NCBI GenBank assembly: GCA_016874755.1
Contig: VGTH01000009.1
Location: forward strand, 4,933-68,932
DNA from: Deltaproteobacteria bacterium
GTDB lineage: Bacteria; Desulfobacterota; Binatia; UBA9968
Length of the DNA: 64,000 bases
Direction of reading: 5' to 3'
Shown: positions 10,127 through 20,183 of the stretch, piece after piece
Layout of the letters: each line of letters opens with the position of its first letter
Position numbering within the stretch: position 1 is the first letter of the stretch
Position numbers and translations under genes: made by a program
The notes under the pieces: generated by a model
Database searches by the model: none
Seen by the model: only the letters and a program-made list of their open reading frames with translations
What the model was told of the DNA's origin: nothing

Positions 10127-11125
10127 TCAAAGCGTCAGGTCGGCGTCGGCGTTCAAGGCGTAATCGTCGCGCCGGCCGCGCCGCAGCCAGTCATGTCCCG
10201 CCAACGCGATCATCGCGCCATTGTCGGTGCAAAATTTCGGCGCCGGGGCAAAAACTTTGAACCCGTCGGCTTGGCCCAACTCGGCCATCTTAACGCGCAG
10301 CCGGCTATTGGCCGCCACGCCGCCGGACAACACAATTTGCTTTACACCCAACGCATGGCACGCCGCCAAGGTGGGCTTCACCAGCATATCGACCACCGCT
10401 TCTTGGAAACTCGCGGCGATGTCGGCCTGGTGATTTCTCCAATGCGCTTCGCCCTGGGTCTTGAGATAGTGCCACACGGCGGTCTTGATGCCGCTGAAAC
10501 TGAACTCGTAACTGCCCTTGCGAAAGCGCGCGCGCGGAAACTTGAGCGCTTTCGCGTCGCCGCTCCTGGCCAAATTGTCGATCGGCCGGCCGCCCGGATA
10601 TCCGAGATCCATCATCTTGGCGACTTTATCGAAAGCTTCGCCGGCGGCGTCGTCGCGCGTGCCGCCTAAAAAAACATAATCGCCGACGTCTTTGACATGG
10701 TAGAGCAGCGTATGTCCCCCGGAAGCGATCAATGCGATATAGGGAAAGCTGACGTCATGCTCCAAACGAATCGCCAGGAGATGGGCTTCGAGATGATTGA
10801 TGCCAACGAAAGGAATGCCCCAACGAAACGCCATTCCTTTGGCCATGGAAAGTCCGACCAGTAGCGAGCCCACCAGACCTGGGCCGTAGGTAACAGCGAT
10901 GCCATCGATCTGTTGAATCGTCACCCCGGCCTTTTGCAGCGCGCTGTCGATGATCGGCACGATATTTTTTATGTGCTGGCGCGAGGCCAGCTCCGGAACG
11001 ACGCCGCCGTAGGGGCTGTGAATCTGGTCCTGCGAAGAAACGATATTGGCGAGAATTTCCCGTCCGTCGCGCAACACGGCGGCGGCGGTGTCGTCGCACG
11101 AGGTCTCAACCCCCAGAACCAGCAT
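10127..11125 (-). CDS. tsaD: tRNA N6-adenosine threonylcarbamoyltransferase TsaD (Kae1/Gcp)
   Basis: MLVLGVETSCDDTAAAV N-terminus, HxxAH metal site (HLEAHLLA), full-length 332 aa. Confidence 0.9.
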   Translation of the reverse strand: MLVLGVETSCDDTAAAVLRDGREILANIVSSQDQIHSPYGGVVPELASRQHIKNIVPIIDSALQKAGVTIQQIDGIAVTYGPGLVGSLLVGLSMAKGMAFRWGIPFVGINHLEAHLLAIRLEHDVSFPYIALIASGGHTLLYHVKDVGDYVFLGGTRDDAAGEAFDKVAKMMDLGYPGGRPIDNLARSGDAKALKFPRARFRKGSYEFSFSGIKTAVWHYLKTQGEAHWRNHQADIAASFQEAVVDMLVKPTLAACHALGVKQIVLSGGVAANSRLRVKMAELGQADGFKVFAPAPKFCTDNGAMIALAGHDWLRRGRRDDYALNADADLTL

Positions 11126-11134
11126 GATCGGATT

Positions 11135-11902
11135 TCAGTGTGGCGCGCCGGTGCTATCGGCGGGCTGTAGCCGTGACAACCCGTCGCTGGCGGTCCGATT
11201 GCCGGAGTTTAACCGCAGGGATTGGGCGTAGGAAGATTGCGCTTTATCGATCATCCCAAGAGCGCGAAAATTGTCGCCGCGCAGCGCATGAATTTCCGCC
11301 ACCCAAAACGGGTCGCCGCCCATTCGCGCTTGCGCCACATCGAGAAAGTTAAGCGACTCTCGATAGCGCCTGAGCTGGTGTTGCGCCTTGGCCAGATAAA
11401 AATAGCCGTAGGGATTGCTGGAGTCGATCACAATCGTCTGTTCAAGACGAGTCAGGGCTTTGGTCGCATCACCGGCATCGAGCAGCCTACGTCCCTCTTC
11501 CGTCAGCCGCAGCGAGGCGGCTCGCTGTGGCGAGGTTCCAGGTCCGATCTTTGCCAGCAGCGAACTATTGTCAGGCAGCGGCGGCGCGGTATTTTCCGGC
11601 ACGGACGACGGCGGCTCCTTAGCGCTTTCCCTGCTGCTGCTTGGCGGCACCGTGCCGCGTTTCAGATCCTGCTCGGGAATCTTGGCTTCTTGCGGCAGTG
11701 TTTTGCGCGCCGGTTCAGCCGCTGCCGGCGGTGGTGGCGGCGCGGGTGGTACGCGCACGGTTTGCGGCGCGCTGGGCACCGGCGCCGGCGGTGTCCGATA
11801 AGGTCTTTGCGGCGCACAGCCGTAAACTATCGCCGCGCCGGCTAAAAGCAGAACGAGTCTTTCGTCGAGCATCGTGTGTGGGGATCGGGTTATTAAAGGC
11901 AA
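11135..11902 (-). CDS. Tetratricopeptide-repeat protein with Pro-rich N-terminal linker
   Basis: 255 aa; PPAPVPSAPQTVRVPPAPPPPP low-complexity region then TPR-like helices (YFYLAKAQHQLRRYRESLNFLDVAQA). Confidence 0.6.
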   Translation of the reverse strand: MPLITRSPHTMLDERLVLLLAGAAIVYGCAPQRPYRTPPAPVPSAPQTVRVPPAPPPPPAAAEPARKTLPQEAKIPEQDLKRGTVPPSSSRESAKEPPSSVPENTAPPLPDNSSLLAKIGPGTSPQRAASLRLTEEGRRLLDAGDATKALTRLEQTIVIDSSNPYGYFYLAKAQHQLRRYRESLNFLDVAQARMGGDPFWVAEIHALRGDNFRALGMIDKAQSSYAQSLRLNSGNRTASDGLSRLQPADSTGAPH

Positions 11903-11906
11903 TGGC

Positions 11907-14180
11907 TTACAGCTTCTCCGCGGTCTGTCTCACCGGTGTCGCCGCCGGCATGCAACCCTCAGCACCGGGATCTGTTTCACATTTGCTTTTTGGCGCACTC
12001 TCTTGCGGCACCTCGGGGCTCGGCGGTGGGAGAAAATCGCTCACGGGCATGCTCGCCGTGGCGCTTTTCATGAACTCAGTCCAGATCGGCAGCGCGGCCT
12101 GGGCACCGGAAAGACCGACCTTATTCTGGTTATCGAAGCCCACCCAGACCAACGCCAGCAGATCGGGCGTGTAGCCGACGAACCAGGCATCTTTGTAATC
12201 GTTGGTCGTGCCGGTTTTTCCGGCCGCCGGACGATTGAACCCCCAGCTGCGCGCCTGCGCCGCGGTGCCTCGATCGAGCACGCCCTTGAGCAGATTGTTC
12301 ATCATGAAGGCCACGCTGGGCGAAAGAATTTGCTCGACGCGCACGTCGCGCTTCTCCAAAACTTTCGTGTCGGCATTGACCACTTGCTTGACCGCCAGCG
12401 GTTGGGTGCGCACGCCGTTGTTGGCCAGCGTAGAAAACGCCACCGCTATCTCCAGGGGGGTTACCTCCGCCGATCCGAGTGACAATGACGGCACAGCCGG
12501 AAGAGTGCTTTGAATGCCCATGCGATGGGCGATATCGCGCACCCGCCTGATGCCAACATCGCGCGCCACTCTGCTGGTGGCTGAGTTGAGTGACATTTCC
12601 AACGCCCGCCGCACCGTCACCGAGCCGAAATAATCGTCATTATAGTTGTTTGGCTGCCACTCCTGCTTGTCGTAAACCCAAGTAAACTTCGAATCGCTGA
12701 CCTGTGTGTCCGGATAGTAGCGCCCGCCTTCTTGTCCGCCGTATATAAAGGCCGCCAGGTACACGAACGGTTTGAACACCGAGCCCGGCTGCCGCTTGGC
12801 TTGGAACACCCGGTTGAACTGCGACTTGGCATAGCTCCGCCCGCCGACCATCGCTTTGATCTCGCCGGTCTGCGGCCGCAGCACGATGATGGCGCCTTCC
12901 AAAGAATCTTCATCCGGCTTGCGGCGCAGGGAAGCATGGCTTTCTTCCAGCTTCTTCAGTCCGGAGCTGAGCGCGCGCTCGGCGATCTTTTGCAGATGCA
13001 AATCGAGGCTGGTAAAAATACGCAAGCCTTCCTGCTTGAGCACCTCGTCGGAATAGTTCTCCGCCAACTCCCGCTTCAGATAGTCGACGTAGAACGGCGC
13101 ATCATTGACGACTTTGATCAACTCGCGATGACGCAGCGGCTCCTTACTGGCGATATCGTACTGCTTGCGGGTGATAATTTGATCGTCGAGCAGCTTCGTG
13201 AGAACCACGTTGCGCCGCTTGGTGGCGGCTTCCAAACTACGGTAGGGGGAAAGTCTGTTGGGGGCGCGAATGAGCCCCGCCATCAGCGCCATCTCACCCA
13301 CCGACAGCTCGTTGAGCTGTCGGGAAAAATAAAATTGTGCTGCTTCGGAAACACCGAAAATCCCCTGGGAGCCCTTCTGCCCGAGGTAAATTTCGTTGAG
13401 GTAATTCTCCAAAATTTCGTCCTTGGAATATTTCCGCTCGGCGATCAGCGCCATGACCGCTTCTTTGGCTTTGCGGCTGAGCTTGCGCTCATCGGACAGA
13501 AAGAAGTTCTTCATGAGCTGCTGGGTCAAGGTGCTGCCGCCCTGGACCAAACCGAGGTTTTTTAGATTGACCCAGCTAGCCCGCAAAAGCCCGATGGGAT
13601 CGATACCGTGGTGGCTGTAGAAACGCTCGTCTTCGATAGCCAACACGGCTCTTATCAGCAACGGCGGCACTTCGTTCAACTTGACCACTTGCCGCTCTTG
13701 CCAGGTGCGCTCGTAGAGCCCGGTCGCCAGCTCGGGTTCGAGCTCGAGCGAAAACAGCTCCTGCGCATTGGTGGCGTTTTCAATGCGCGTAACGACCGAG
13801 TCTTGCAGCGATATCTTTACCGGGATGCCTTTGAACGCTTCGGTGGGGTAGGCGAAATCGTGCAGATACACCTCTAACAGCGCGCCGCCGGCTGGGTAGC
13901 GATATTCGCCTTTGCTCCTGGGCTGACTGGCGGTCTGCACGTAGCCCAACCGGCGCAGCTTTTCGCGCAGGTCTTCCGGGCGGACCCTGATACCGACGTA
14001 TAGGAGATAACTATCCGAATAGATTTTTGAAGGGTGAACCCACTTGCGCCCTTCAAATTTTTTGGTGACCGCGTCCTGCCAATCCTTCAGCAGCCAACCG
14101 CCGAAAACCAACCCGGTGGTGGTCAGCAAGAGCGTAACGACGATGGAATTGGTGAAGATTCGAAGCTTGGACTTATTCAA
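11907..14180 (-). CDS. mrcA: Penicillin-binding protein 1A (bifunctional glycosyltransferase/transpeptidase)
   Basis: GT51 motifs (EDERFYSHHGIDP, GGSTLTQQL) and transpeptidase SxxK/KTG motifs (KTGTTND). Confidence 0.9.
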   Translation of the reverse strand: MNKSKLRIFTNSIVVTLLLTTTGLVFGGWLLKDWQDAVTKKFEGRKWVHPSKIYSDSYLLYVGIRVRPEDLREKLRRLGYVQTASQPRSKGEYRYPAGGALLEVYLHDFAYPTEAFKGIPVKISLQDSVVTRIENATNAQELFSLELEPELATGLYERTWQERQVVKLNEVPPLLIRAVLAIEDERFYSHHGIDPIGLLRASWVNLKNLGLVQGGSTLTQQLMKNFFLSDERKLSRKAKEAVMALIAERKYSKDEILENYLNEIYLGQKGSQGIFGVSEAAQFYFSRQLNELSVGEMALMAGLIRAPNRLSPYRSLEAATKRRNVVLTKLLDDQIITRKQYDIASKEPLRHRELIKVVNDAPFYVDYLKRELAENYSDEVLKQEGLRIFTSLDLHLQKIAERALSSGLKKLEESHASLRRKPDEDSLEGAIIVLRPQTGEIKAMVGGRSYAKSQFNRVFQAKRQPGSVFKPFVYLAAFIYGGQEGGRYYPDTQVSDSKFTWVYDKQEWQPNNYNDDYFGSVTVRRALEMSLNSATSRVARDVGIRRVRDIAHRMGIQSTLPAVPSLSLGSAEVTPLEIAVAFSTLANNGVRTQPLAVKQVVNADTKVLEKRDVRVEQILSPSVAFMMNNLLKGVLDRGTAAQARSWGFNRPAAGKTGTTNDYKDAWFVGYTPDLLALVWVGFDNQNKVGLSGAQAALPIWTEFMKSATASMPVSDFLPPPSPEVPQESAPKSKCETDPGAEGCMPAATPVRQTAEKL

Positions 14181-14286
14181 AGCCAGCGCCCTACCACTGA
14201 TTCATATTCCCGCAGTTCGGTCGCAAAAGCAACAAAACGAGACACGGCGAAAGCCGGGTCTCGTTCGTTGCCGCGAACCGGCTGCC

Positions 14287-15801
14287 TCATTTCTGTGGCT
14301 TGAGTGCCAAGAACAGCGTGCTCTCACCCCGGCGAACCAAGAAGAGCACTCCGCGTCCTTTGCGAATGGTTGCCACCGATTTCTTGTATTCATCGACGCT
14401 GCGCACCGCCTTGCGGTCGATCTCAAGGATAACGTCGCCGCGCCGAATGCCGGCTTCGTCGGCGGCGCTCCCGGGCTCGACCTGAGTCACGACGACGCCT
14501 TCGGTCTTTTCCAGGCCCAAGCTCTCCGCCACCTGTGGCGTCAAGCGCTGCACCGTCATACCCAACTCGCCTTTTTCCGGGGCCGAGGCGACAACTTCTT
14601 CCTCTTTGAGCTCACCCACCGCAACGTTGAGGATCACTTCTTTCTTGTCGCGTAGCACCTTCATGCGGACTTTTTTCTCCACCGCCGTGCGCGCCACGAT
14701 GATCGGCAGCTCGGATGAGTCTTTGACTTCCTTGCCGTCGAATTCGACAATGACGTCGCCAACCTTGACGCCGGCTTTCTCCGCCGGCCCATCCTTGGAA
14801 ACATTGGCCACCAGCGCGCCGTAGCCGCGCTCCATGCCCAGGCTGTCGGCGATTTCGGGCGTGACTTTCTGAATTAGCACGCCCAGATAACCGCGCGTCA
14901 CTTTGCCTTTGCCACGCAGCTGCGGCAGGAGTTCTTTCACCAGATTGACTGGGATAGCAAAGCCAATCCCGATGTTGCCGCCGCTGCGCGTAAAGATCGC
15001 CGTGTTGATGCCAACCACTTCGCCGCGCAAGTTGATCAAGGGCCCGCCGGAATTGCCCGGGTTGATCGATGCATCGGTCTGGATAAAATTATCATAGGGC
15101 CCAGCGTTAATGTGCCGCCCCTTCGCGCTGACGATGCCTGAGGTCACGGTGCTGTCGAGACCAAACGGGTTGCCGATCGCCACGACCCATTCGCCGACTT
15201 CAAGTTTATCGGAGTCGCCCAATACAGCCACGGGCAAGGAGGTCTTGGCTTCGATCTTGATCACGGCGATGTCGGTCTTGGGGTCACGGCCCACCACCTT
15301 GGCCTCATGCTCGCTGTCGTCGGACAGCTTGACGACGATCTTTTGGGCATTTTCGACAACGTGATTATTAGTAAGAATGGAGCCGTCGCGATCGATGATA
15401 AAGCCCGAACCCGAACTGCGCTGGCGCTGCGGTCCGCGCGATCCGGGCCCGCCCGGCCCGCCGGGTCCACCAAAAAAGCGCCGCCAAAAATCATTGAACG
15501 GATCTTCTTCACCGAACGGGCTGCCAAAGTCCTGTCCGCCACCGCCGCGGCCTTCGCTCACAGCGGTGGTCGAGATATTGACAACCAGCGGCTTCATCCG
15601 TTTGGCCAGCGAAACGAAATCGGGTAGCCCGCCACGAACTTCTGGCGTTGCCGCCTCGCCCATGAGGTTGGCCCGGGTCGGCGCCAACCAGTCCAAGCTA
15701 CCGCTAATGCCCAGGCCAATGGCCAAAGAAACCAATGCCACCAACACCACCGCTTTGGTGCTAAAGTTCTCACTCCACAGGTTTTTCAAGTTCATCGACA
15801 C
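14287..15801 (-). CDS. degP: Periplasmic serine endoprotease DegP/HtrA (Do family, two PDZ domains)
   Basis: Catalytic triad region with GNSGGPLIN, two C-terminal PDZ-like segments; unusual Gly/Pro-rich insert FFGGPGGPGGPGSRGP. Confidence 0.9.
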   Translation of the reverse strand: MSMNLKNLWSENFSTKAVVLVALVSLAIGLGISGSLDWLAPTRANLMGEAATPEVRGGLPDFVSLAKRMKPLVVNISTTAVSEGRGGGGQDFGSPFGEEDPFNDFWRRFFGGPGGPGGPGSRGPQRQRSSGSGFIIDRDGSILTNNHVVENAQKIVVKLSDDSEHEAKVVGRDPKTDIAVIKIEAKTSLPVAVLGDSDKLEVGEWVVAIGNPFGLDSTVTSGIVSAKGRHINAGPYDNFIQTDASINPGNSGGPLINLRGEVVGINTAIFTRSGGNIGIGFAIPVNLVKELLPQLRGKGKVTRGYLGVLIQKVTPEIADSLGMERGYGALVANVSKDGPAEKAGVKVGDVIVEFDGKEVKDSSELPIIVARTAVEKKVRMKVLRDKKEVILNVAVGELKEEEVVASAPEKGELGMTVQRLTPQVAESLGLEKTEGVVVTQVEPGSAADEAGIRRGDVILEIDRKAVRSVDEYKKSVATIRKGRGVLFLVRRGESTLFLALKPQK

Positions 15802-15803
15802 TC

Positions 15804-16226
15804 CTATTTCTGCTTCACCCGCTCCACGTACCGCATGCGCAAATCGAACAGAATATCCTCGATCAGCTTATCTTCATTGTGGGTCAAATTGCCTTTGGTC
15901 TTATCCTTGAGCATGGCGACAAGATCGATCATCTGTTTGGCCACCGGGATGTCCTGCTCAAGGTTACCGTTGGCCGGGTTGGGGATCTCACCCAAATGCA
16001 TCAACGCCTGTGTGCTTAAGCTGACGACAAACGTAGAGAAATTAATCTCCGGCAACGGATCGTCACGGTGCGGGTCGGTTGCCGTGGTCGCAGTCGCGCT
16101 CGGTGGGGGCTGACTAGCGGCGGAAGCCACGGTCTCGGCGGTGTCTGCTTTAGCATCGCCCGAATCGGTAAAACGACGGCGATCCTGCACCGTGAACCCT
16201 TTTCCTTTGATCTCCTCTTCAGCCAT
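15804..16226 (-). CDS. DUF1844 domain protein
   Basis: 140 aa; INFSTFVVSLSTQALMHLGEIPNP...AKQMIDLVAMLKDKTKGNL...LFDLRMRYV matches DUF1844 conserved core as remembered. Confidence 0.5.
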   Translation of the reverse strand: MAEEEIKGKGFTVQDRRRFTDSGDAKADTAETVASAASQPPPSATATTATDPHRDDPLPEINFSTFVVSLSTQALMHLGEIPNPANGNLEQDIPVAKQMIDLVAMLKDKTKGNLTHNEDKLIEDILFDLRMRYVERVKQK

Positions 16227-16242
16227 AAAACCATCCCTTTAG

Positions 16243-16297
16243 AGCAAAAAAGCCTGGAAACGTCCCCGCGGCTGCTTCCAGCAGCGGATTTCCAGGC
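16243..16297 (-). terminator. Rho-independent terminator candidate downstream of the GT9 gene
   Basis: Nested hairpin GCCTGGAAA...TTTCCAGGC with inner GCTGC/GCAGC; on minus strand followed by UUUUUUGCUCU. Confidence 0.45.
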
Positions 16298-16498
16298 AGC
16301 ATTAATCGACCACCGAGTTAGCCCCGCCGGTCACAGACTGTATACACAAGGTTTTTTGAGAACCGCAACTAAAATCAGCTAGCGAAATCGATTCAAACTC
16401 TAATCTGTGACCCCTAACCTTGTCAAGTTTAGGGAAACTTGAGTGGCGCAGCAAGCCGTCCTGGCGGTTAGCGACCAAGCATTCGAAACAGAGGATTC

Positions 16499-17488
16499 TC
16501 AGCGGATCACGGTCTGCTGCCTCAGCCGCGCGATGACCATATCAGGCGTTAGCAGTGTTAGGCATTTGCGATGGGGACAGCTCTTCATGACCGGCCCACT
16601 GCAGGGTGCGCATTCGACATGCAGAGATAATGCTTCCACGGCTCGCCCTCGCGGCGCCCACTGGGAGGGGTCCGACGGTCCAAACAAAGCCACCGTCGGT
16701 GCGCCCACGGCAGCTGCCAAGTGGCTCATGCCGCTATCGTTGCCGAGATAGCTCTCGCAGTGCGCCAACAATGCCGCGGCTTGGCCGAGGGTGGGCGAAC
16801 GCAAGACCAGCATGTTCGATCCGTCGGGGCTGCCACGCTCCGCCTCCACCGGGCCCAGCAACATGAGCACTTGGCCCTTTTTTTCACGGCGCCACCAGTC
16901 GGCCACTACGGCGAAAGAAGACGCCGGCCAATTCTTCTCCAGCGCGCCGCTGCCCGGCGCCAGGACGAGCAAGGGCCGGCTACCGAGCCCATGCTCATTG
17001 GCGTAGTCATGCCACCAAGTCAATGCCGCCGGCGGCAACGGAATATTAGGAAGTGGTGCAGCCGCCGCGCCCGCAACACAAGAGAAGTAATAGTCTGCTT
17101 GATGTTGCGACGCTTGGGACGGACGAAAGGGATAAACGTCGCTTTCCGCGACCAGCCGGAGTTGCTCACGAAAGACCGGCTGGCCGCTTCCAGTCCACGA
17201 GTAAACCCTCCGATAGCAAGCAAAGAAATCGCCCACCCGGTCCTCCGCGGCTGCGCCGTCGACGAAGAGTCGAGCGATCTCCGGGCGTTCAATAGAATAG
17301 ACTCGGATCTCTTCACGTACCAGGTCGGCGTATGCGTGACGGGCAAACACATCGAGCGGCGCTTGTCGCGCTAGATGATGTAGCGCGGGGAGCAGGCAAA
17401 TGAAATCGCCCAACGCGCCCGGAAACAACACACAAACGCGCTGCGGAGTTTCCAACGAATGCGCCTTCAGAGGTAGTTTCATTGACAA
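16499..17488 (-). CDS. Glycosyltransferase family 9 (LPS heptosyltransferase-like)
   Basis: 329 aa; N-terminal LFPGALGDFICLLPALHHL GT9 signature and C-terminal GNDSGMSHLAAAVGAPTVALFGP. Confidence 0.75.
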   Translation of the reverse strand: MSMKLPLKAHSLETPQRVCVLFPGALGDFICLLPALHHLARQAPLDVFARHAYADLVREEIRVYSIERPEIARLFVDGAAAEDRVGDFFACYRRVYSWTGSGQPVFREQLRLVAESDVYPFRPSQASQHQADYYFSCVAGAAAAPLPNIPLPPAALTWWHDYANEHGLGSRPLLVLAPGSGALEKNWPASSFAVVADWWRREKKGQVLMLLGPVEAERGSPDGSNMLVLRSPTLGQAAALLAHCESYLGNDSGMSHLAAAVGAPTVALFGPSDPSQWAPRGRAVEALSLHVECAPCSGPVMKSCPHRKCLTLLTPDMVIARLRQQTVIR

Positions 17489-17513
17489 CGGCCGGACCAG
17501 AATATAGCATTAG

Positions 17514-18512
17514 TTGCAGTCCAGTCTAAGATTCCCCGCGGAGAAAGAGCGAAGTATCGTGGCCAGCAATAACGGTCATCGGTCGGTCATCGACCTCATC
17601 GGTACCACTCCCGTTGTCAAATTGCGCTGTCTCCCTGACAAGGACAGCGCCGAGGTGTGGGCAAAGTTAGAATCTTTCAACCCGGGTGGCTCGGTCAAGG
17701 ACCGCATCTGCCTCAACATGATCGAGACTGCCGAGCGCGCCGCCAAGCTCAAACCCGGCGCGACGATTGTCGAGCCCACCAGCGGCAACACCGGCATTGG
17801 CCTAGCGTTGATCTCGGCAGTGAAAGGCTATCGTTTGATACTCACCATGCCCGACACCATGAGCGAAGAACGTCGCAGCCTGCTAGCAGCCTACGGCGCC
17901 CACTTGGTGCTGACGCCCGACACCAAGGGCATGGGCGGTGCGATTCACAAAGCCGAAGAACTCTTGCAGGAACATCCAGAATACTTCATGCCGCAGCAAT
18001 TCAACAACCCGGCCAACCCGGAAATGCATCGCAAAACCACTGCGCAGGAGCTCTTGAAACAATTCAAACGCATCGATGCTTTTGTCGCCGGGGTTGGCAC
18101 CGGCGGCACCATTACCGGCGTCGGCGAGGTGCTCAAAGAAAAGATGAAAGGCGTGCGCATCTGTGCCGTAGAGCCTGCGAATTCCCCGGTCATCTCCGGC
18201 GGCGAACCGGGCTATCATAAGATCCAAGGCATCGGCGCCGGCTTCGTGCCGGCGGTGCTCAATCGCCAATTGCTCGACGAAGTCATCGCCGTCAGCGACG
18301 ACGACGCGACCCAATATGCACGGCGCTTGGCGGCTGAGGAAGGCATCCTCGTCGGCATTTCTTCCGGCGCCGCCTGCTGCGCTGCGCTGAAAGTCGCGCG
18401 CAAACTCGGCAAAGGTCATGTGGTCGTGACGGTGTTCGCCGATAAGGGCGAACACTATCTCAGCACGGATCTGTTTCACAACAAGCGATGGATGCAAAAT
18501 ACCAGCAACTAG
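17514..18512 (+). CDS. cysK: Cysteine synthase (O-acetylserine sulfhydrylase) CysK/CysM
   Basis: PLP-fold motifs [33 protein letters not shown]; true start may be internal to annotated ORF. Confidence 0.85.
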   Translation: MQSSLRFPAEKERSIVASNNGHRSVIDLIGTTPVVKLRCLPDKDSAEVWAKLESFNPGGSVKDRICLNMIETAERAAKLKPGATIVEPTSGNTGIGLALISAVKGYRLILTMPDTMSEERRSLLAAYGAHLVLTPDTKGMGGAIHKAEELLQEHPEYFMPQQFNNPANPEMHRKTTAQELLKQFKRIDAFVAGVGTGGTITGVGEVLKEKMKGVRICAVEPANSPVISGGEPGYHKIQGIGAGFVPAVLNRQLLDEVIAVSDDDATQYARRLAAEEGILVGISSGAACCAALKVARKLGKGHVVVTVFADKGEHYLSTDLFHNKRWMQNTSN

Positions 18513-19327
18513 AAGCGATCCTGCATAAAGCCCGGCGCGCGCTCATCGCCTTCTCCGCTGGCGTTGATTCCACCTTCCTGCTCAAAGTAGCTCACGACAC
18601 ACTCGGCTCCCGTGCCGTCGCGCTGACCGCTTCGTCGGCCAGCGTGCCGCCCGGCGAATTAGAATCTGCCAAAGCGTTCGTCCAACAGCTCGGTTGTCAG
18701 CACATCGTGCTCGACTCCCACGAGCTGGACAATCCCTTCTACGCGCAGAATCCGGTGAACCGCTGTTTTTTCTGCAAAGACGAGCTTTATCGCATCTGCC
18801 GTGAAGAAGCCGACAAAATCGGCATTGAAACCATCTTCGACGGCACCAATTTGGATGACTTGAAAGACCACCGTCCCGGCCTCAAGGCCGCCGAGCAGTG
18901 GCATGTGCAACATCCGCTGGTCGAAGCCGAGATGACTAAAGACGACATCCGCCGCTACAGCCGCGCGCTCGACCTGCCGACCTGGAATAAACCATCGAGC
19001 CCCTGTTTGTCATCGCGCTTCCCATACGGCACCGCGATCGATTTGGCGAAACTCAAACGGGTCGGCGCCTGCGAAATTTTTCTCAAAGAAAAAGGCTTCC
19101 GTGAGTTCCGCGTCCGCTACCACGGCGACTTGGCACGCATCGAAGTCGCGCAAACCGAACTGGACCGGCTTTTCGACAAAGATCTGCGCAGCGCCATCGT
19201 CGAGAAGTTCAAAGCCGTTGGTTTCAAGTACATCAGTCTCGACCTGCAAGGCTTTCGCAGCGGCAGTTTGAACGAAGGACTGAAGGTTAATCGCTCTATT
19301 TATTTGCGAACCAGCGGATCGTATTGA
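18488..19327 (+). CDS. larE: LarE-family PP-loop ATP-dependent sulfur transferase (TIGR00268-like)
   Basis: PP-loop [12 protein letters not shown], conserved [11 protein letters not shown] cysteine motif plus CxxC (RCFFCKD); overlaps cysK stop by 25 nt. Confidence 0.7.
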   Translation: MDAKYQQLEAILHKARRALIAFSAGVDSTFLLKVAHDTLGSRAVALTASSASVPPGELESAKAFVQQLGCQHIVLDSHELDNPFYAQNPVNRCFFCKDELYRICREEADKIGIETIFDGTNLDDLKDHRPGLKAAEQWHVQHPLVEAEMTKDDIRRYSRALDLPTWNKPSSPCLSSRFPYGTAIDLAKLKRVGACEIFLKEKGFREFRVRYHGDLARIEVAQTELDRLFDKDLRSAIVEKFKAVGFKYISLDLQGFRSGSLNEGLKVNRSIYLRTSGSY

Positions 19328-19392
19328 TATCATCGACAAGTACTGACAGGAGGTTCAGTTATTCGAAGCGCCGAGTCGGTAAGCCTACGGGA

Positions 19393-19818
19393 TCATGGCC
19401 CAAGAACTGAAAACCCTTCACGTTCTGCGGCGTTGGCTAAGTTGCGATCGAACGTCACGAACTCGAAACTGGTGGGATCGTGTTCCGCGGCGACAAGTGC
19501 GGCCCCAACTTGAAGCGCGTCTGCAGCGCGCAATGGGTGACTCTCGATGAGCCGCTCCGCCAATTGCCGAGTGATTTCAACGGCTGTCACTTCAGACCAC
19601 TGATCCCAGGCTCGCAGCAGATCGCGCCGAGCCACACTCAAAGCAGCCGCGGCTTGCGGTTCTTCTCTGCGTCTTCTCGCAATCGCAGAAAGCAACTCCA
19701 CCCGCGTAAGCGTCCAGACCACTATTTCGGAGTCTTGCCTATACCAACTCTGAACGCGAGTAGATCCTCGTTCGGCAATAAAAAGCGGAATAATCGCGGA
19801 TGTGTCCCAAAACCTCAC
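19393..19818 (-). CDS. vapC: Type II toxin VapC (PIN-domain ribonuclease)
   Basis: MRFWDTSAIIPLFIAE PIN N-terminus with acidic residues; 4-nt overlap with upstream antitoxin. Confidence 0.75.
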   Translation of the reverse strand: MRFWDTSAIIPLFIAERGSTRVQSWYRQDSEIVVWTLTRVELLSAIARRRREEPQAAAALSVARRDLLRAWDQWSEVTAVEITRQLAERLIESHPLRAADALQVGAALVAAEHDPTSFEFVTFDRNLANAAEREGFSVLGP

Positions 19819-20114
19819 CAGCCACTCCGACGTTCATTCAACAGATCTTTCAGCACGCTTTCTTCGACCCGTGCCAAGGGACGTTTGAGCAACCAAGCAC
19901 GATCACCTGACGAACCACGGCGAACAAGGCCTTTTCGTTCTAGCCGCGCGAGGCGCTCTTCCGGTGCGAGCAAAGCTCGCGACGAACCCTGCAAAGGAAC
20001 GATTTTCGCCACAGGTTGGTTGCGATCCATCACCAAAATGGACTCGCCACTTTTAACCTGGTCCAGATAGCGCGAAAGATTATTCTTAAGAGCGGCGATT
20101 CCGGCTTTCTTCAT
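19815..20114 (-). CDS. vapB: Type II antitoxin (Phd/YefM-type, VapB partner)
   Basis: 99 aa, MKKAGIAALKNNLSRYLDQVKSGESILVMDRNQPVAKIVPL antitoxin fold; directly upstream and overlapping vapC. Confidence 0.65.
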   Translation of the reverse strand: MKKAGIAALKNNLSRYLDQVKSGESILVMDRNQPVAKIVPLQGSSRALLAPEERLARLERKGLVRRGSSGDRAWLLKRPLARVEESVLKDLLNERRSGW

Positions 20115-20183
20115 ATGGCTATAATAGCCATCAATAGGCCTGCGGTCAAACAGCGATGGCGAGGGCGCTCAGCGGTTGCACTG

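Noticed and set aside
11222-13565. Long antisense ORFs (e.g. 11222-11845, 11874-12482, 12732-13565) opposite the TPR and PBP1A genes
   Set aside because: These are shadow ORFs typical of high-GC DNA. The opposite-strand products have clear family signatures.
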